Source of the DNA: Octopus sinensis
Taxonomy: Eukaryota
DNA: 64,000 bases
Direction: 5' to 3'
Assembly (NCBI RefSeq): GCF_006345805.1
Contig: NW_021833292.1
Span: 1 to 64,000 of the forward strand
How positions within the stretch are numbered: the first letter of the stretch is position 1; the number at the start of each line of letters is the position of its first letter. The position numbers and the translations under genes are program-made. Below are positions 39,523 to 53,329 of the stretch, piece by piece. The notes under the pieces were generated by a model that was given only the letters and a program-made list of their open reading frames with translations, did not search any database and was not told where the DNA came from.

Positions 39523-39712
39523 TATAGAAGGAGCTTCTACAGGACTAGAACTGTTTCATTCAAGAGAAATCTTCAGGAAGCTTCCTGAAGATTTCTCTTG
39601 AATGAAACAGTTCTAGTCCTGTAGAAGCTCCTTCTATATAATAAATTAATTTTACTCTGCTATGTATTGAGTACCTTATTTACTGCGGTTAACCCCGAAT
39701 CAACCCGGGACC

Positions 39713-39750
<38 letters not shown>

Positions 39751-40032
39751 ATATTATATATATATATATGTATATGTATATGTATGTATGTATATATGTA
39801 TGTATGTAAGTGTGTGTATATGTTTGTGTGTCTGTGTTTGTCCCCCCAACATCGCTTGAGAAGCGATGGTGGTGTGTTTACGTCCGCGTAACTTAGCGGT
39901 TCAGTAAAAGAGGCCGATTGAATAAGTACTTAGCTTCCAAAGAATAAGTCCTGTTGTCGATTTGATCGACTAAAGGCGGTACTCCAGCATGGCCGCAATC
40001 AAATGACTGAAACAAGTAAAATAGTAAAAGAG
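39380..40032 (+). mobile_element. SINE family A interrupted by an about 200-bp insert in its central (TA)n
   Basis: Core at 39380-39472 and tail at about 39800-40032 flank the 39513-39716 insert. Confidence 0.85.
39579..39629 (+). ncRNA. Type I hammerhead ribozyme-like motif (mirror copy on minus strand at 39532-39582)
   Basis: AGCTTC-CTGAAGA-TTTC TCTT GAAT-GAAA-CAG TTCTAGTC CTG-TA^GAAGCT. 6-bp helix I, 4-bp helix III, intact CUGANGA/GAAA/GUA core, weak helix II closed by U.U. Confidence 0.7.
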
Positions 40033-40159
40033 ATAACCGAAACACCTTTAACTCAAACCCAACCATTTTGAAACGGATGAAGTGATTAGTTAGAAGGCCT
40101 TTGGTCATAGATTTGCTCGAACAAGGTATATGTAAATTAATTGACATCATCAGATGCAA

Positions 40160-40290
40160 CAAGGCCCTCGACTACAGCAAGACGACCAAAGTTTTTTTTT
40201 CCAAGGTCTGGGGGTCTCCCGCCCCTAAGCCCAAGACCATCACCTAATCACTCTTACCCGTCCTGTTGCTTAACAACAACAACAACAACA
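40160..40290 (+). mobile_element. Retroposon 3' end with (AAC)n tail
   Basis: Homologous to the reverse complement of 63222-63345. Confidence 0.65.
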
Positions 40291-40601
40291 GTAACAACAG
40301 TAACAACAGCACCACCAACAGCACCACCACCACCACCACAAACAACAACAACAACAACAACAGCTGCAGCAGCAGCAATAGCAACAGCGACAACGTATTT
40401 AGTACATAATTACGAAGTATTAGCAAAAATATTTTGAAAGGCGAAGGCATTTTCGTATTTCTAGATTCAGATTTCGAAAATGAAGTTAATAACAAGAAAA
40501 ATTATAATAATTTTGACAATAACTCCTCTCAAATATCTAAGCGTTTATTTAGTTACAAATATATTTATAGTGTAATGAAAAATAAACAAAATAAAGCATC
40601 T

Positions 40602-40798
40602 AAGTCTTTTCTACTCTAGACACAAGCTCCGAAATTTTTGGGGAGGGGCAAGTCGATTAGTATGCAACTGGTTCTTAATTTATCGACCCCAAAAGGATAA
40701 AAGGCAAATTCGACCTCGGCGGAATTTGAACTCAACGTAAAGACGGACGAAATAACGCTAAACATTTTGCCCGGTGTGTTAAAGATGTTGCTAGCCCA
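40602..40798 (-). mobile_element. SINE family B
   Basis: Conserved domain and B box. Confidence 0.75.
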
Positions 40799-40811
40799 GC
40801 CCATTACTCAG

Positions 40812-41191
40812 TGGAAGCACTCCGTCGGTTACGACGATGAGGGTTCCGGTTGATCCGAATCAACGGAACAGCCTGCTCGTGAAATTAAAGTGTAAGTGGC
40901 TGAGCACTCCACAGACACGTGTACCCTTAACGTAGTTCTCGGGGATATTCAGCGTGACACAGAGAGTGACAAGGCCGGCCCTTTGAAATACAGGTACAAC
41001 AGAAACAGGAAGTAAGAGTGAGAGAAAGTTGTGGTGAAAGAGTACAGCAGGGATCACCACCATCCCCTGCCGGAGCCTCGTGGAGCTTTAGGTGTTTTCG
41101 CTCAATAAACACTCACAACGCCCGTTCTAGGAATCGAAACCGCGATCCTATGACCGCGAGTCCGCTGCCCTAACCACTGGGCCATTGCGCC
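40812..41191 (-). mobile_element. tRNA-derived SINE family E
   Basis: Head GGCGCAATGGCCCAGTGGTTAGGGCAGCGGACTCGCGGTCATAGGATCGCGGTTTCGATTCC; homolog at 60947-61355. Confidence 0.8.
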
Positions 41192-41214
41192 ACCACAATT
41201 ACTCAGTACAAGAA

Positions 41215-41420
41215 TAGTCTATTCTACTATAGGCCCGAAATTTTTGGGAAGTGGCGATAGTCGATTACATCGACCCCAGTATGCAACTGGTACTCAACTT
41301 ATCGACCCCGAAAGGATGAAATGCAAAGTCGACCCTGGCGGAATTTGAACTCAGAACGTAAAGATGGACGAAATACCGCTAAGCATTTTGCCCCGGCGCG
41401 CTAACGATTCTGCCAACTCG
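41215..41420 (-). mobile_element. SINE family B
   Basis: Conserved domain, B box and head. Confidence 0.8.
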
Positions 41421-41455
41421 CCCACTTTCGATAAAGTATCTAAATAGTTACTCTT

Positions 41456-41893
41456 CTACTCTTTACTCTTTTACTCTTTTATTTGTAAGTCATTTGACTG
41501 CGGCCATGCTGGAACACCGCCTTTAGTCGAAGAAATCGAACCCATGACTTATTCTTTGTAAGCCTAGTACTTATTCTGTCGGTCTCTTTTGCCGAACCAT
41601 TAAGTTAAAGGGGACGGAAACACACCAACATCGGTTGTCAAGCGATGGTGAGGGGACAAACACAGACATACAGAAAATACATATACCAGCTGTTGAGTGT
41701 CCCACCCATGAGGGATCGATGCAAGAAGTGTCGAAACAATTGTGATTAGTAATGAATTCCCGTATATTCCATCTTCCGTTTTTCAGTTTCCGTCTACCAA
41801 ATTAGTCAGCCCGAGGTGCCATGCAGTGGGTCTGAACTCAGAACCATGTGGTTGGTAAGCAAGCTAGTTACCGCACCGCCATTCCTGCGTCTG
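41456..41893 (-). mobile_element. SINE family A with an about 90-bp foreign insert in the central tract
   Basis: Tail and head match the family; 41685-41778 is unrelated. Confidence 0.75.
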
Positions 41894-42976
41894 TAGGAAT
41901 AATTTCATAGTAATATCCTCAACGGAAAAATTAAATATGTTAGAGGTCATTATAGCAAAAATGCACCCGAATAAGATAACATCTTAACAATAAAAGCAGA
42001 AAGGTTGAACGAAGGACCCAAGCTACCAGGACAAGATTTTGTAATACTGAGTCTAAGTTATAAACTGCTGACAGCGAGAGGGGAAGAACATGTTATCCTG
42101 AGGCCAAACCACGTTCAGAATGGCTTCAGCAGAATGGACCCCGCCTAACACCAAAGATTCCACGAAGGTGTCAACCCAGGTTGGTGTTAAATCTGTTTAT
42201 GGACTTCTATATGGTTTCTGTCAAACGAAATTAACTTCACGAGACATGGATCGTTGAGTAGGATCGAAATTCAAATCTGATCGAAAAACAGAACTTCTTA
42301 AACGCACGAACACACGACTACAAGTGCGTCGAAAGAAAAAGGCATGACAGATAACGTTGTCAGCTTTACTACTCTCAAAAAACACAAAAAAAAAATGAAT
42401 AGTAAAAAACATCTTCAGTCGTCACGGATAGATTTAGCATTGTATTCAAACAACTGTTCTGATTCTGGCTGTTTGGGTGTGACGGTGGGCGTACAATATT
42501 TTATTTTGTATAAAAATCACTCGAATAAAGACATTTATAGACATGAAACCAAAATCAAGGAAACTGTTAACTGAAATTTGACAACTAGAATAATAATTGT
42601 TAATATCAGACGCGTCTTTAGTGACAAATGATAGCTTTTGGTGTCGTTTTCCGTTTACAGATTGGAGGTTGCCAAGTCGGATAAACATCGACAATTGAAA
42701 AACGAATATCATCTATATCACAATCCTAGCCTAGTTCTGAAGGACACATCATTCTATCACGCACATATGGACATATATATATACGCACACGCATATATAT
42801 GTATATATACACACTTAAAAGCTCACACATTTAGCCATTACCACAGAAATATACACACCTGTATATATATATATATATATATATATAGATAGATAGATAG
42901 ATAGATATATGATGAATATATATGATGATAAATATGACGACATGTGTATATATATATATGTATATATATATGTATA

Positions 42977-43181
42977 GTCGCCATGATAGATCGTTAGCCA
43001 CTACACACATATTTTCTCTCCTTGTTTCTCTCCTTGTTTTTTTTCTGTTTCCCTTTCTGTAGGAGAGCGTAGGCTCGAAACGTAAAAGACTTTTTCTATT
43101 CACGAGCATTATACTTATACATCTGTTTGTTTTGTACACCACCTGTCTTCGTCTTTTGTGTCTTTTTGTAAACTCTCCCTA
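42977..43181 (+). mobile_element. HHR-bearing short element, copy 2
   Basis: Collinear with 26404-26610. Motif 43053-43088: CTTT-CTGTAGG-A-GAGC GTAG GCTC-GAAAC-GTA^AAAG. Flanked by (TA)n. Confidence 0.55.
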
Positions 43182-43475
43182 TATATATATATGTGTATAT
43201 ATATATATATATTATATATATATATATAATATATATATATATACATACACACATACATACATACATACATACATACATACATACATACATACATACATAC
43301 ATACATACATACCTATATGATATATATGTCATCATCATCATCATCATCGGCAATAAGGGATATTTGCCTATTTGACGGGTATAAAGACGGCAAAAGTACG
43401 GAAACAAATTTTGTCTCTGGAAAATTTAAGTTGACGCTGTACACAATATTTCATTTAAAAGTGAATATCAAATTA

Positions 43476-43650
43476 AGATGGCGAGCTGGCCGCTTCGTTA
43501 GTACACCGGTGGAAAATGCTGAGTGGCATTTTGTCGGTGTTCATGCTCTGTGCTGAAATTCCACCGAGCTCGACTTCGCCATTCATCTTTTCGGTGGGTG
43601 GAGATAATAAGTACCAGTTGAGGACTGTAGTCGAAGCAGTCGTCTTATCC
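43476..43650 (+). mobile_element. SINE family B (diverged)
   Basis: ATGGCGAGCTGGC head and the conserved domain. Confidence 0.6.
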
Positions 43651-45172
43651 TGTCCCCATTGAAAGCGCGTGGCTTAGTGGATTATCTTAACGTCTTTTCC
43701 ATGCTCCTTGAGATGAATTTTTGAGATGCTAGAGTAAGCATCTTGAAGAAACAAACTTTTGCATAAAGCACATGTACTGAATTACCTCACAGATTAGGAA
43801 AGAAATATTAAAGAAATAATAAAAACATTAAATACATTAATTTCATTTGGAACAGGGTGTTTCTATAAAGCTGATTATAGAGAATTATTGCACGTAGAAA
43901 CTCTAAACTAGAAGAGTATTTTGAGAAGATTAATGCATTGGAACTGCATATGTTTGTTTGTTGTAGATTTTGCTGCTTATCTTCTCACTTATCAAAGAGA
44001 CCTATCATCAGAGAATTTCCATCTATGGCCATCGACTATAGTTTATGCAGCACTAAATTACCTTTATAGTCGACTATATGAAAAAATTCAGATTCAAGTC
44101 TGATTTGAAGAAAGTATTTAGTAAATATTACAGGGAAATCGATCTTACAGAGTCGCTTTCATGGGTTCGATTATGAAAGGTTGTTGTTAGATTTGCTTTT
44201 TGATCAGCTCCTGGTCAGCCTGGTTTAGTAGAACTATGATCAAAAGCATTCCAGTCATGACCATCCCATTTTCATTTAAGAAATTGTGTGTTTCTCTTCG
44301 TGAAAAATTTTGGAGATACATGGATAGAATGCCTTACGGTATTTGTTCTATATCACAGCTCCCTGAGTTCAATCCTGTCTAGGTTACGTCACTTGTCAAC
44401 CTTTCAAACGTGAAAAATTAGTACCAATACAGGGGTGGTAAATTAAAGGAAGTGTTGGTGGGTTGTACAAGGTACCCACTTCTGTTCCCTCAGTACAACA
44501 TCCACAGATATAATCGTATAAAGTATTTTTTGAACCAAAGGGGGTTAAGTTCTTTCCAAGGGGAAATAATTCAACCGCCCCGTCCCATCTAACCCGCAAG
44601 TTTCAGAACCACGCTTATAAACACTGCAGATTATGTGACCCCTGGGTACAACCCCCCCCCCCCAAAAAAAAAAAACAGTTGAAGCTTTTTCTCATAAATT
44701 TGCATGATCGGAGCTGAACCAAATCTGGAGTAAAAAAAAGCAGTAGCGGCAGTAACAGCAATGATGAAGAGGCTCATAAGATGTTTCAAATTTCTAGATT
44801 TCACAATGAAACCTCCTTCAGTGAAGCAGAGAATTTCCTAAAAAGAAATGGGGTTATTATGCTTCAATCGTGTTTAATCTCAGATCTGTTCGATCAAAGC
44901 TGACCTGGATCAAAACAACAAAAGCAACAACGTCAACGACGATGAAAAATGAAGAGCAAGAAGAAGAACGACAAGAACAGCTACAAATTATTCCTTCAAA
45001 TTTTTTTTTCTTTAAGTTCTCTTTGCAGCAGAAAATATAATAAATTAGGTCTCTCCAAATTGGTCTTCCCCAAACCACAACATTACCTCGACTGTTCCAT
45101 TGACTATCAGATATGATATCAAGTTATTATAAGTACTAAATGTGAAATAATAGAAAACTTTTTTAGTTTTCT

Positions 45173-45540
45173 TCTTACTTTACTACATTGTACTTGTAAC
45201 GGCGTTCACCCAGGTCCTAACAGCATCACGAACCATGGCGGCCCACGCTCGATGGTCCCGTGCGAGGTCGCTGGAAATGCCAAGCCGTTCGCGGTTTCGC
45301 GGTTCCCTCTGCGCAGACCGAGCACCTGCGGATCTGAGAGTCCGGAGAGGTCCTCCTTTATCGTCGTTGCCCAAGTCTTCAGCTGTCCGCCCGTGCGTTT
45401 GCGCCAGCTGGGAAGTGGAAGTGGTAGGAGGATATCGCGAATCAGCTCACCCTCTGGACGCCGGACCGCATGACCGAACCACCTTAAGCGCCGTTGTAAA
45501 ATCACCGAAGGGAGGCGCCGGAGATTCAGGCTTTTTCTTC
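45173..45540 (-). pseudogene. 5'-truncated RTE-clade LINE, ORF2 C-terminus
   Basis: LQRRLRWFGHAVRRPEGELIRDILLP...RTGGQLKTWATTIKEDL...SSDLARDHRAWAAMVRDAV, followed by a CAAGTA-type tail. Confidence 0.9.
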
Positions 45541-47156
45541 TAGACCATGCTGTAGGAATAACTCACGGTTATATAAAAAATAACCGTATTTCTAATATTA
45601 TTTGTTGAATACCAAGTAGCAGCAATCAATATGCTATAATTTACTTATAAACTGAACACCAGGAAAATTTAAAATTTTCAACACTTGTTCGTTCTTTATT
45701 TTTTAAATCTTATAATTTACAATTTGAACCACGTTAACTTCGGCAGTAGAGATAATTTTTTTGCCCTCCCCTTCCCTTGGTGCCCTAAGTACGTGCTTAT
45801 ATTATTTTATGGTTAATCCGTGCCTTCCGTAATTGCTAAGGTCAATAATTTAGAAAATTACGTCGTCGCCTTTGCAAAGAAACACATCCAAAACTAGTGA
45901 AATTTGGAAGTAAAAACACGATTGGTAAACAAAATGGAAAGAGTCAACAAATAATGTTTTTTCAATTCCATGTTAATAATATCTGGCGTAAAGATTAAAA
46001 AACGAAAAGATTATGCAGCTAGTTGATTTGTTTATATTAATTTCAGATGAATTGCAAATCTAATTTCTTCTAATTTCTAAATTGTATAAGCGCACAAAAA
46101 TTTTTAACGGTAAATTATTTCCGTGCAGGAATTACACGTACAAGTACTAAATTGTTGAGTTTTCTAAATTTAATATATAAGATATTCTGGTTCACTTGAA
46201 AAATTGCCATTTAATTAAAAATACAGTAAAGGGATGAAAGTCACTGACAGAGATAGAATTTATTTATATAAAATGCCAGATTTTATAAACCTGTATTGTA
46301 TGTTAATGGTTTTGGCGTCTATATATTGGTTAGTTTAGAACCTCCAAACCTGCTAATGCCTTGCATACGGAAGAGAGTTTCATAATTTGAAATGAAAATA
46401 AAAATTAATAATCAAGCCAATAAGTGGTCGTGTATTGCCGTTCAAACAGCTATAAATTGTAACTAAATCCCCCTTAAAACCCACCTTGCCTACCTTTATA
46501 TATTGAAAGTAGCACTGGTAAATATAGTCCTTGATAGCTTATGTGTGGATTAAAAGATGTGATGCAGAGAAAACGCCTAATGCTAGAATCCGTAAACATG
46601 GATAGGTTTCTTTATCTGAAATGATTAAAAAGAAGGTATTAATCACAGTATTTGAACAGACATTTATCCATCTCCAAAATATTTTATGTGACTTTCACTT
46701 TTAATTGGTTGGAATTTGTTGTCAAATTCGATCACAGAGGTGCATACAACGAATCCAAATAAAAGATGATTTCAATGTCATATTCTAGAAAGCGATACTG
46801 TGGGTATCAGATGTCAGGGAAACGATTGACATAAATACCGTTGTGCAACGTTAGAATTCTTTCAATAACTTTAAATTTATGTTCACATTACAAACGCATA
46901 ATTATCAAAATAATATTTACTCTTAGCTCAAGTTGAACCGAGAAATCCTACAGGCCAGATTTAATTATCAAATCTTTAACTCATACCTACGCTATCAAAG
47001 ACGGATATTTCCAATACTTCTTTGTAATTTTAATGATCGACAAGATACGTTTTACTGAGCAAGAAATATTCCATACAATTGAATAAGTTACTAGTATACC
47101 AAAGCTGCCCTTGAACTAGACGAAATAAGTTCATCGCAGCTCATCACTGAAACAAG

Positions 47157-48248
47157 AATATATAAATCACAGTATGTGTGCTTATAAGGTTTAACACATA
47201 CATTTCCACAATTCTCAACCGATTTTCATCAAACTTTACACATACATTACATATGCCCCAAGGATAGTCATGCACGAAATATTTTTCCCAGAACGATCTT
47301 TTTTTATAAAAGTGAAAGGACCTTATTTATTTATTATTTATTTCGAATGTCCACTTGTAAGAGTGATTAAATTGACTAGTAACACTGTACGCGATGAATA
47401 TCCAATACCAAACAATCTTAATCCCCATATTGAAAGTGCATTAAACTTTGGCAAGCTTGCCTTTATCCATACTGAGTTATTCAAAAGGTGATGTTCCGTC
47501 CCATCTCTTCTATCTGTTAATACCTTTGTTTACTTTTGTTGATACCTTTGATATCGTTGTTTCACTTAATGGATGGCTAAATAAGCATCCTTAATTTACC
47601 CATCCATTATGACATTTCGACTGTTGTCCATTGTTTCAAATACGTTTTAGCATTGTCCTTCTAGCCTCTTTTAAACAATCAGATATGATTCGTCCCAAAC
47701 AATCAACTTTTGCATAAGAGTTTTGCTTCCACTAGTGAAAGCTATACGTATCTTTCAGTAAGCTCTGTACCAATTCAACTTTATGAAGCATTTGCTGTTA
47801 GTTTATGCGCAGGCTATGTGGGAAGAGAGAATAAAGGGGCTTCTGTTAGCTTATCTCTCCGAAAAAATAGCTCCCTTTCCTGTTGAAAAAATAAACTCGC
47901 AGAGGCTAAGTTTCAACGTCTTCCTTCAATTTCATTTATGTGACTGTTTCTTACAAGAAATTTTGCTGTAATGTGTAACAACTATATTTTGTAGACATTA
48001 TCCGTAATCTACTCCCAAAACACTTCTGTAGCTCTACTTTGCATCGCTTGCAAAATTATATGTTCTATGATCATTGAAGTGTAACGACCTTCACAATAAC
48101 CAGCCTTCAATTTGATTTTCCGTTCCTAGGTTAATCGGAAACATAGATTGCCTTGCTACTCATAAACCTTCACGGTAGTTCAATTATTTGGTGAAAAAAA
48201 TACTACCAAAGCAACTTAAACCCCCCGAAGGAAGGGTGCATTTGCTAG
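47157..48248 (+). mobile_element. Possible longer non-autonomous Helitron
   Basis: 3' hairpin CCCCCCGAAGGAAGGG followed by TGCATTTGCTAG|T. Near the presumed 5' end lies ATTCTCAACCGATTTTCATCAAACTTTACAC, a motif I associate with Helitron-type non-autonomous elements. 5' TC not clear. Confidence 0.45.
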
Positions 48249-48657
48249 TAGTTATATAGAGTGGATTACTGAGACATTGGTGCTTTGAATTTGTGTAGAA
48301 TCAGTAATAAGAAACTTAAGAATGAACTTTACGCTGATATGCAGTACACAACATAAACTGTTAAAAGCATCCAGAGCAGACGATATCATGTCTGCTGAAA
48401 ACATTCCATTTAAAAAATACGGATGCATATGTTTGAAAAGTTAATAAATCGTGGAAATTTGGTGTTCAGTAAAAACAAAAAAATCACGAAAGCCAAATAT
48501 ACAAAGAGTAGGAAACTTTTCATAATCAAACTCAAGTTGGTATTAAAGAGTTTCCAAATGCTGCACACCGTTTCTTCGCTTTAGATACGGACTCAAAAGT
48601 ACATTTATTTAAATACAAGCGTGTGAGTATACTTGTGTATGTGTTTATGTAAATACG

Positions 48658-48722
<65 letters not shown>

Positions 48723-49264
48723 GATATAGATAGATAGATTGATAGACAGACAGATAGATAGATAGACAGAGAGATAGAGAGAAAGGTAGAGAGAGAGAAA
48801 TGAGAAGATACACATAAACTTATGCTTGTATACAAGAAGATACGAGAACATTTAATTGGACATTTTATCTGGTGTGTGCGCGTGTGTGTTTGTGTGTGTG
48901 TGTGTGTGTATGTGTGTGTGTGTGTTTGTGTGTTTGTGTTGTATAGCAGCTAAATATCCAGCATATCACACCCAAGCGACTTTGGAGAAACGACATATTA
49001 GATTATGAAGTTCTAGGGATACTATATCTGAATAAATGATGTGAATATTCGCCGATACAATTGCCTTTGATCATAGATCTGCGCAAGTACTCAGACATAG
49101 ATAGATATATGCATACAAATACCTATGTCAAATATATATATATATGGTGTGTGTGTATGCATGTGTGTGTGTTCTATAGAAGACACATACGTGCGCCAAA
49201 TAATACATCATAATTAATGTAAGTGAGGGTATTATTTCTTTTTTCTATTGAAGTACTAGGAAAT

Positions 49265-49350
<86 letters not shown>

Positions 49351-49599
49351 GTGTGTAAGGAATTACTTTGGGCTACAACATTAAATCTAGAAATGTCTAA
49401 ACGCACACAAGCAAAAAAACTCACAAACACCCCAAAACGCACGAAGGTACAAAGGAAGACTCACCCTCCCACTCACACACTCTCACTCATACACACGTAT
49501 ATTAATTCATTTATTAGCCGAGGTTACTATAGCAATGACAGTCTTGCGCAAAGTTTGATAAGTTCTTCGGAACGAAAGTCTAGCCCCTTGATTGATTCT

Positions 49600-49644
49600 T
49601 ATACATACATACATACATAATACATACATACATTCATACATATA

Positions 49645-49737
<93 letters not shown>

Positions 49738-49950
49738 ATATATATGTATAAATATATGTATATATATGTATATATATGTATGTATATGTATATATATATA
49801 TGTATATGTGTATATATTTATATAAACATGCATACATGTACATATATATATATACATGCACACATATATATACATACATACACGAATGACTTGACAAACG
49901 AAAGTAGGCCACTTAGCACACACACACACATATATATATATATACGTACA
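49600..49950. repeat. (TA)n-rich microsatellite
   Basis: Directly visible. Confidence 0.95.
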
Positions 49951-50809
49951 TAGATCCAAATGCACGCATTTATTTTCCTTAAAGAAGGAAAAATAAATGA
50001 GAGAAATCCCTTACGTCAAGTTGGACACTTAATAAGTATTGTAGCTGTCGGAAACCCCTTGAAACAATGAATGACCCGAAATAATCAAGAATTGAAGGAT
50101 TGCGTTCTCTTTCTCTTGGACTCTATTCCGAGCTTTGGAACCACGCTTCTGTCTCACCATTCCAAGAATATTAACAACTCTGACCTTTACAAGCATCATC
50201 GCATTGCACTCAAATTCAACGCCCTAAGTCTATAAAATGCGGCCATTAATAACATCATTTCCTAACCCTTGAATCGCTTCTCGTTATTAATGACTAACAC
50301 TACGAATTTTGTAAATCTAGATCTAGATCTACTGGAAACTTATTCTGTTATTGACACTGGGCTCTTCTCCAGACAAATTGACTGAAAGCATAAATATTTC
50401 GCCAGAGAGCAGCTGGCGAAAATCTTTTCAAATTGTTTGTCTATGGGCTCAACAAGTCATTTCTCTTATTCATTCTGACAGAATTTTTATCTTTGATCAC
50501 AAAATTTCAGCATCATCAGATTCGGGTTTTTGCGATCCCATCTTATGAATTATTGTGTGAACCAAAGTTTTACTTTTCTCTCTAACATAATGATCCTAAT
50601 ACACATCTACAGCCGACTTACTCTTACGTCTAACAACCGCCAATGTCGACAGATACCACTGTTCATTCCTCTCTAATCTTCCACGCTCAAACTTCCTCAA
50701 CATATTACCGAAACATTTCACACAAAATCGACACAGACTTCAAAATATACCCCTACTAATCTTTTCTACAATACTAGAAAATAATATATTATCAAGAATA
50801 CATTGTAAT

Positions 50810-51235
50810 ACCCCATTCTCGCGCGGGGGCATGCGTGCGTAACTTTAACCTATTGATTGTTCTCTCTTCAGTCATTGGACTACGATTATGCTGGGGTATC
50901 ACCTTGAAGGGTTTAGTCAAACAAATCGACTTCAGTATTTATCTTTTGAAGGTGTGGTACGTACTCTGTCTTTCTGTTTCGCTAAAATGTTATATTACAG
51001 GGAATTAAACGAACACCGGTTGTCAAGCGATGGGCGGAACAAACAGCAGAAAGATCTACTCGCGCGCAGAGACACTCACACACTCACACATACCAGACCC
51101 CCAATTCTGTCTCGTAACCACTGCGATTTTCATCTGAAGAAGATAAGTCGAGTGAGTTTGTTCCCTGCTTTAGTCAATCGATCAATTACCAGATTGATCA
51201 ATAAATGCGATTAAGGCAGTAAGGGACTCTTATCT
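50810..51235. repeat. About 430-bp segment directly duplicated at 52960-53076 plus 53522-53815
   Basis: Shared GGGGGCATGCGTGCGTAACTTTAACCTATTGATTG and CCACTGCGATTTTCATC blocks. Confidence 0.85.
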
Positions 51236-52173
51236 TATGCGTGATTAGAACCCTGAAGGTTATGTTAATTACGTGGCTTCACCATCAGTGATGATCTCTC
51301 CTGGCAAATGAATACGTTCCACATAGTGCAATGGTTCTAATTTACAGAACCATAAAATAATACAACCCCTTATTTGTATTAAATCTGAAGAACACTTAAC
51401 TGACACTCACAAGGGAGTATCACTTCCACATTTGTGGCGGTGATGTTGCTACAAACACGCGCGCTTGGGCACAATACAAACGCACATATACATAAACAAG
51501 CATCACACACACACATACACTTATGATGTAGCAGTTCGTCAAAATAGACCGATAAAATAAGTAATAGATTTACAAAGAATAAGCCCTCCGACTAAAACGC
51601 CCTTTAGGGCAGTGCTCCAGCGTGGCCGGAGCCACATGAAGGAAAAATTAAAAAGGATATGTTGCAGTAGATGCCTGAACTTTATTAACACAAGTCTTTC
51701 ATTTATATCGAATAACACACAATCTGCATTTAGCTTAACTATTTTCACGTTCGAATCTGAGCTACGACGAATATATAACTACTTGGAAGTTATCTACGTT
51801 GAGTACTCTCAGTGTATTCGATCTGTTTCACTCAGAATGAATTTGAAATGCTTTCCCACGAAGTTCTTATGAGTGGGTATAGTCACACAGAAACGCAGAC
51901 ATACATACCCACACCCGAGTACACACAGATGCGAACACATGCGCGCACGCACAAATATCGGGAAAACAAGAAAGAAATAGATTATAAGTTTGTGTTTGTA
52001 TGTGTGTGTGTAGATATGTATGTATCTACCTACCTACCTAGCTACCTACCTAGCTACCTACCTAGCTACCTAACTACATACCTACCTATATATATATATA
52101 TATGTGTGTGTGTATGTGTGAGTTTGTGTCTATGGGTATGTGTGTGTGCGTTTGTGTGTGATGTATAAACATA

Positions 52174-52211
<38 letters not shown>

Positions 52212-52331
52212 TATATGTATATATATATAGATATAAAGAATTATACCTATATTTATACATACGTTATACATACACGCAAACTATAAACGCACTCACACAT
52301 GTACTCTCTCTCACACACATAACCGTATATT

Positions 52332-52375
<44 letters not shown>

Positions 52376-53076
52376 TATATGTGTGTGTAAGTATGTGTGT
52401 GTGTATGATGAACGTAAAAAAGCAAATCTAAAAAGTGGACAGACAATATTTAAAGTGTCACGAATTCTTGGACGTTTTTTCAGTTATCATTATAGACATT
52501 TATGTATGTGTTCTACCTAAAAAAAAAAGAAAAACAAAACAAAACACAAAAACAAAAAAAAAAATATTTGCGGTCTTGAATAGGAGCAATTCAGGTTCTG
52601 CAAGGAAAGTGTTAACATTATACGAGGATTTAAATGTCAGCATAATTATGCAGTGCCTTGATAGAAGATCCTATATATATAGATATCTCATGGAAGGTTT
52701 AGCATCATCGAATTTCGATTGATATAAACATCCTTGTTTGTTGCAGTAGAATTTGATTGATATTTACCTCTTCATTATAAGAGAAAAGAAACTAATATAA
52801 CGAAAATGAAGCTGTGGGGCTAACAAGTTAGCTTGAAAACCATGGAATTTCACGTTCGAACTTATTTAGCGGCCCCTTCTGCAAGTCTTTTGTTCTGGAG
52901 ACCCGGTAAATCAATGCTTTGTGATTGCACCTGGTGGACGAAAATTGTTTAAAAATTACACTCTCGTGGGGGCATGCGTGCGTAACTTTAACCTATTGAT
53001 TGTTCTCTCTTCAGTCATTGGACTACGACCATGCTGGAGTATCAGCTTGAAGGGTTTAGTAAAAAAATTCGACTTC

Positions 53077-53296
53077 ACTCTTTACTCTTTTACTTTTTTT
53101 CAGTCATGTGACTGTAGCCATGCTGGAGCACAACCTTAAGTCGAGCAAATCGATGCCAGGATTTATTGTTTGTAAGCCTAGTACTTATTCAATGGTCTCT
53201 TTTGCCGAACCGCTAAGTTACGGGGACGTAAATTCACCAGCATCAGTTGTCAAGCGATGTTGGTGGGACGAACACAGACACACAAACATATACACA

Positions 53297-53329
<33 letters not shown>

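Noticed and set aside
41120-41191. tRNA-like sequence (also the heads of SINE families A-D)
   Set aside because: A and B boxes are present but there is no complete acceptor stem, and the sequence continues into a SINE body.
41685-41778. Insert with CTGTTGA and GAAACAATTGTG
   Set aside because: Helices I and II do not pair and the triplet is GUG; at most a decayed HHR relic.
43944-44103. Plus-strand exon-like ORF (FAAYLLTYQRDLSSENFHLWPST...), with similar cases at 51.7 and 54.9 kb
   Set aside because: No convincing donor and no recognised homology; length is within chance for AT-rich DNA.
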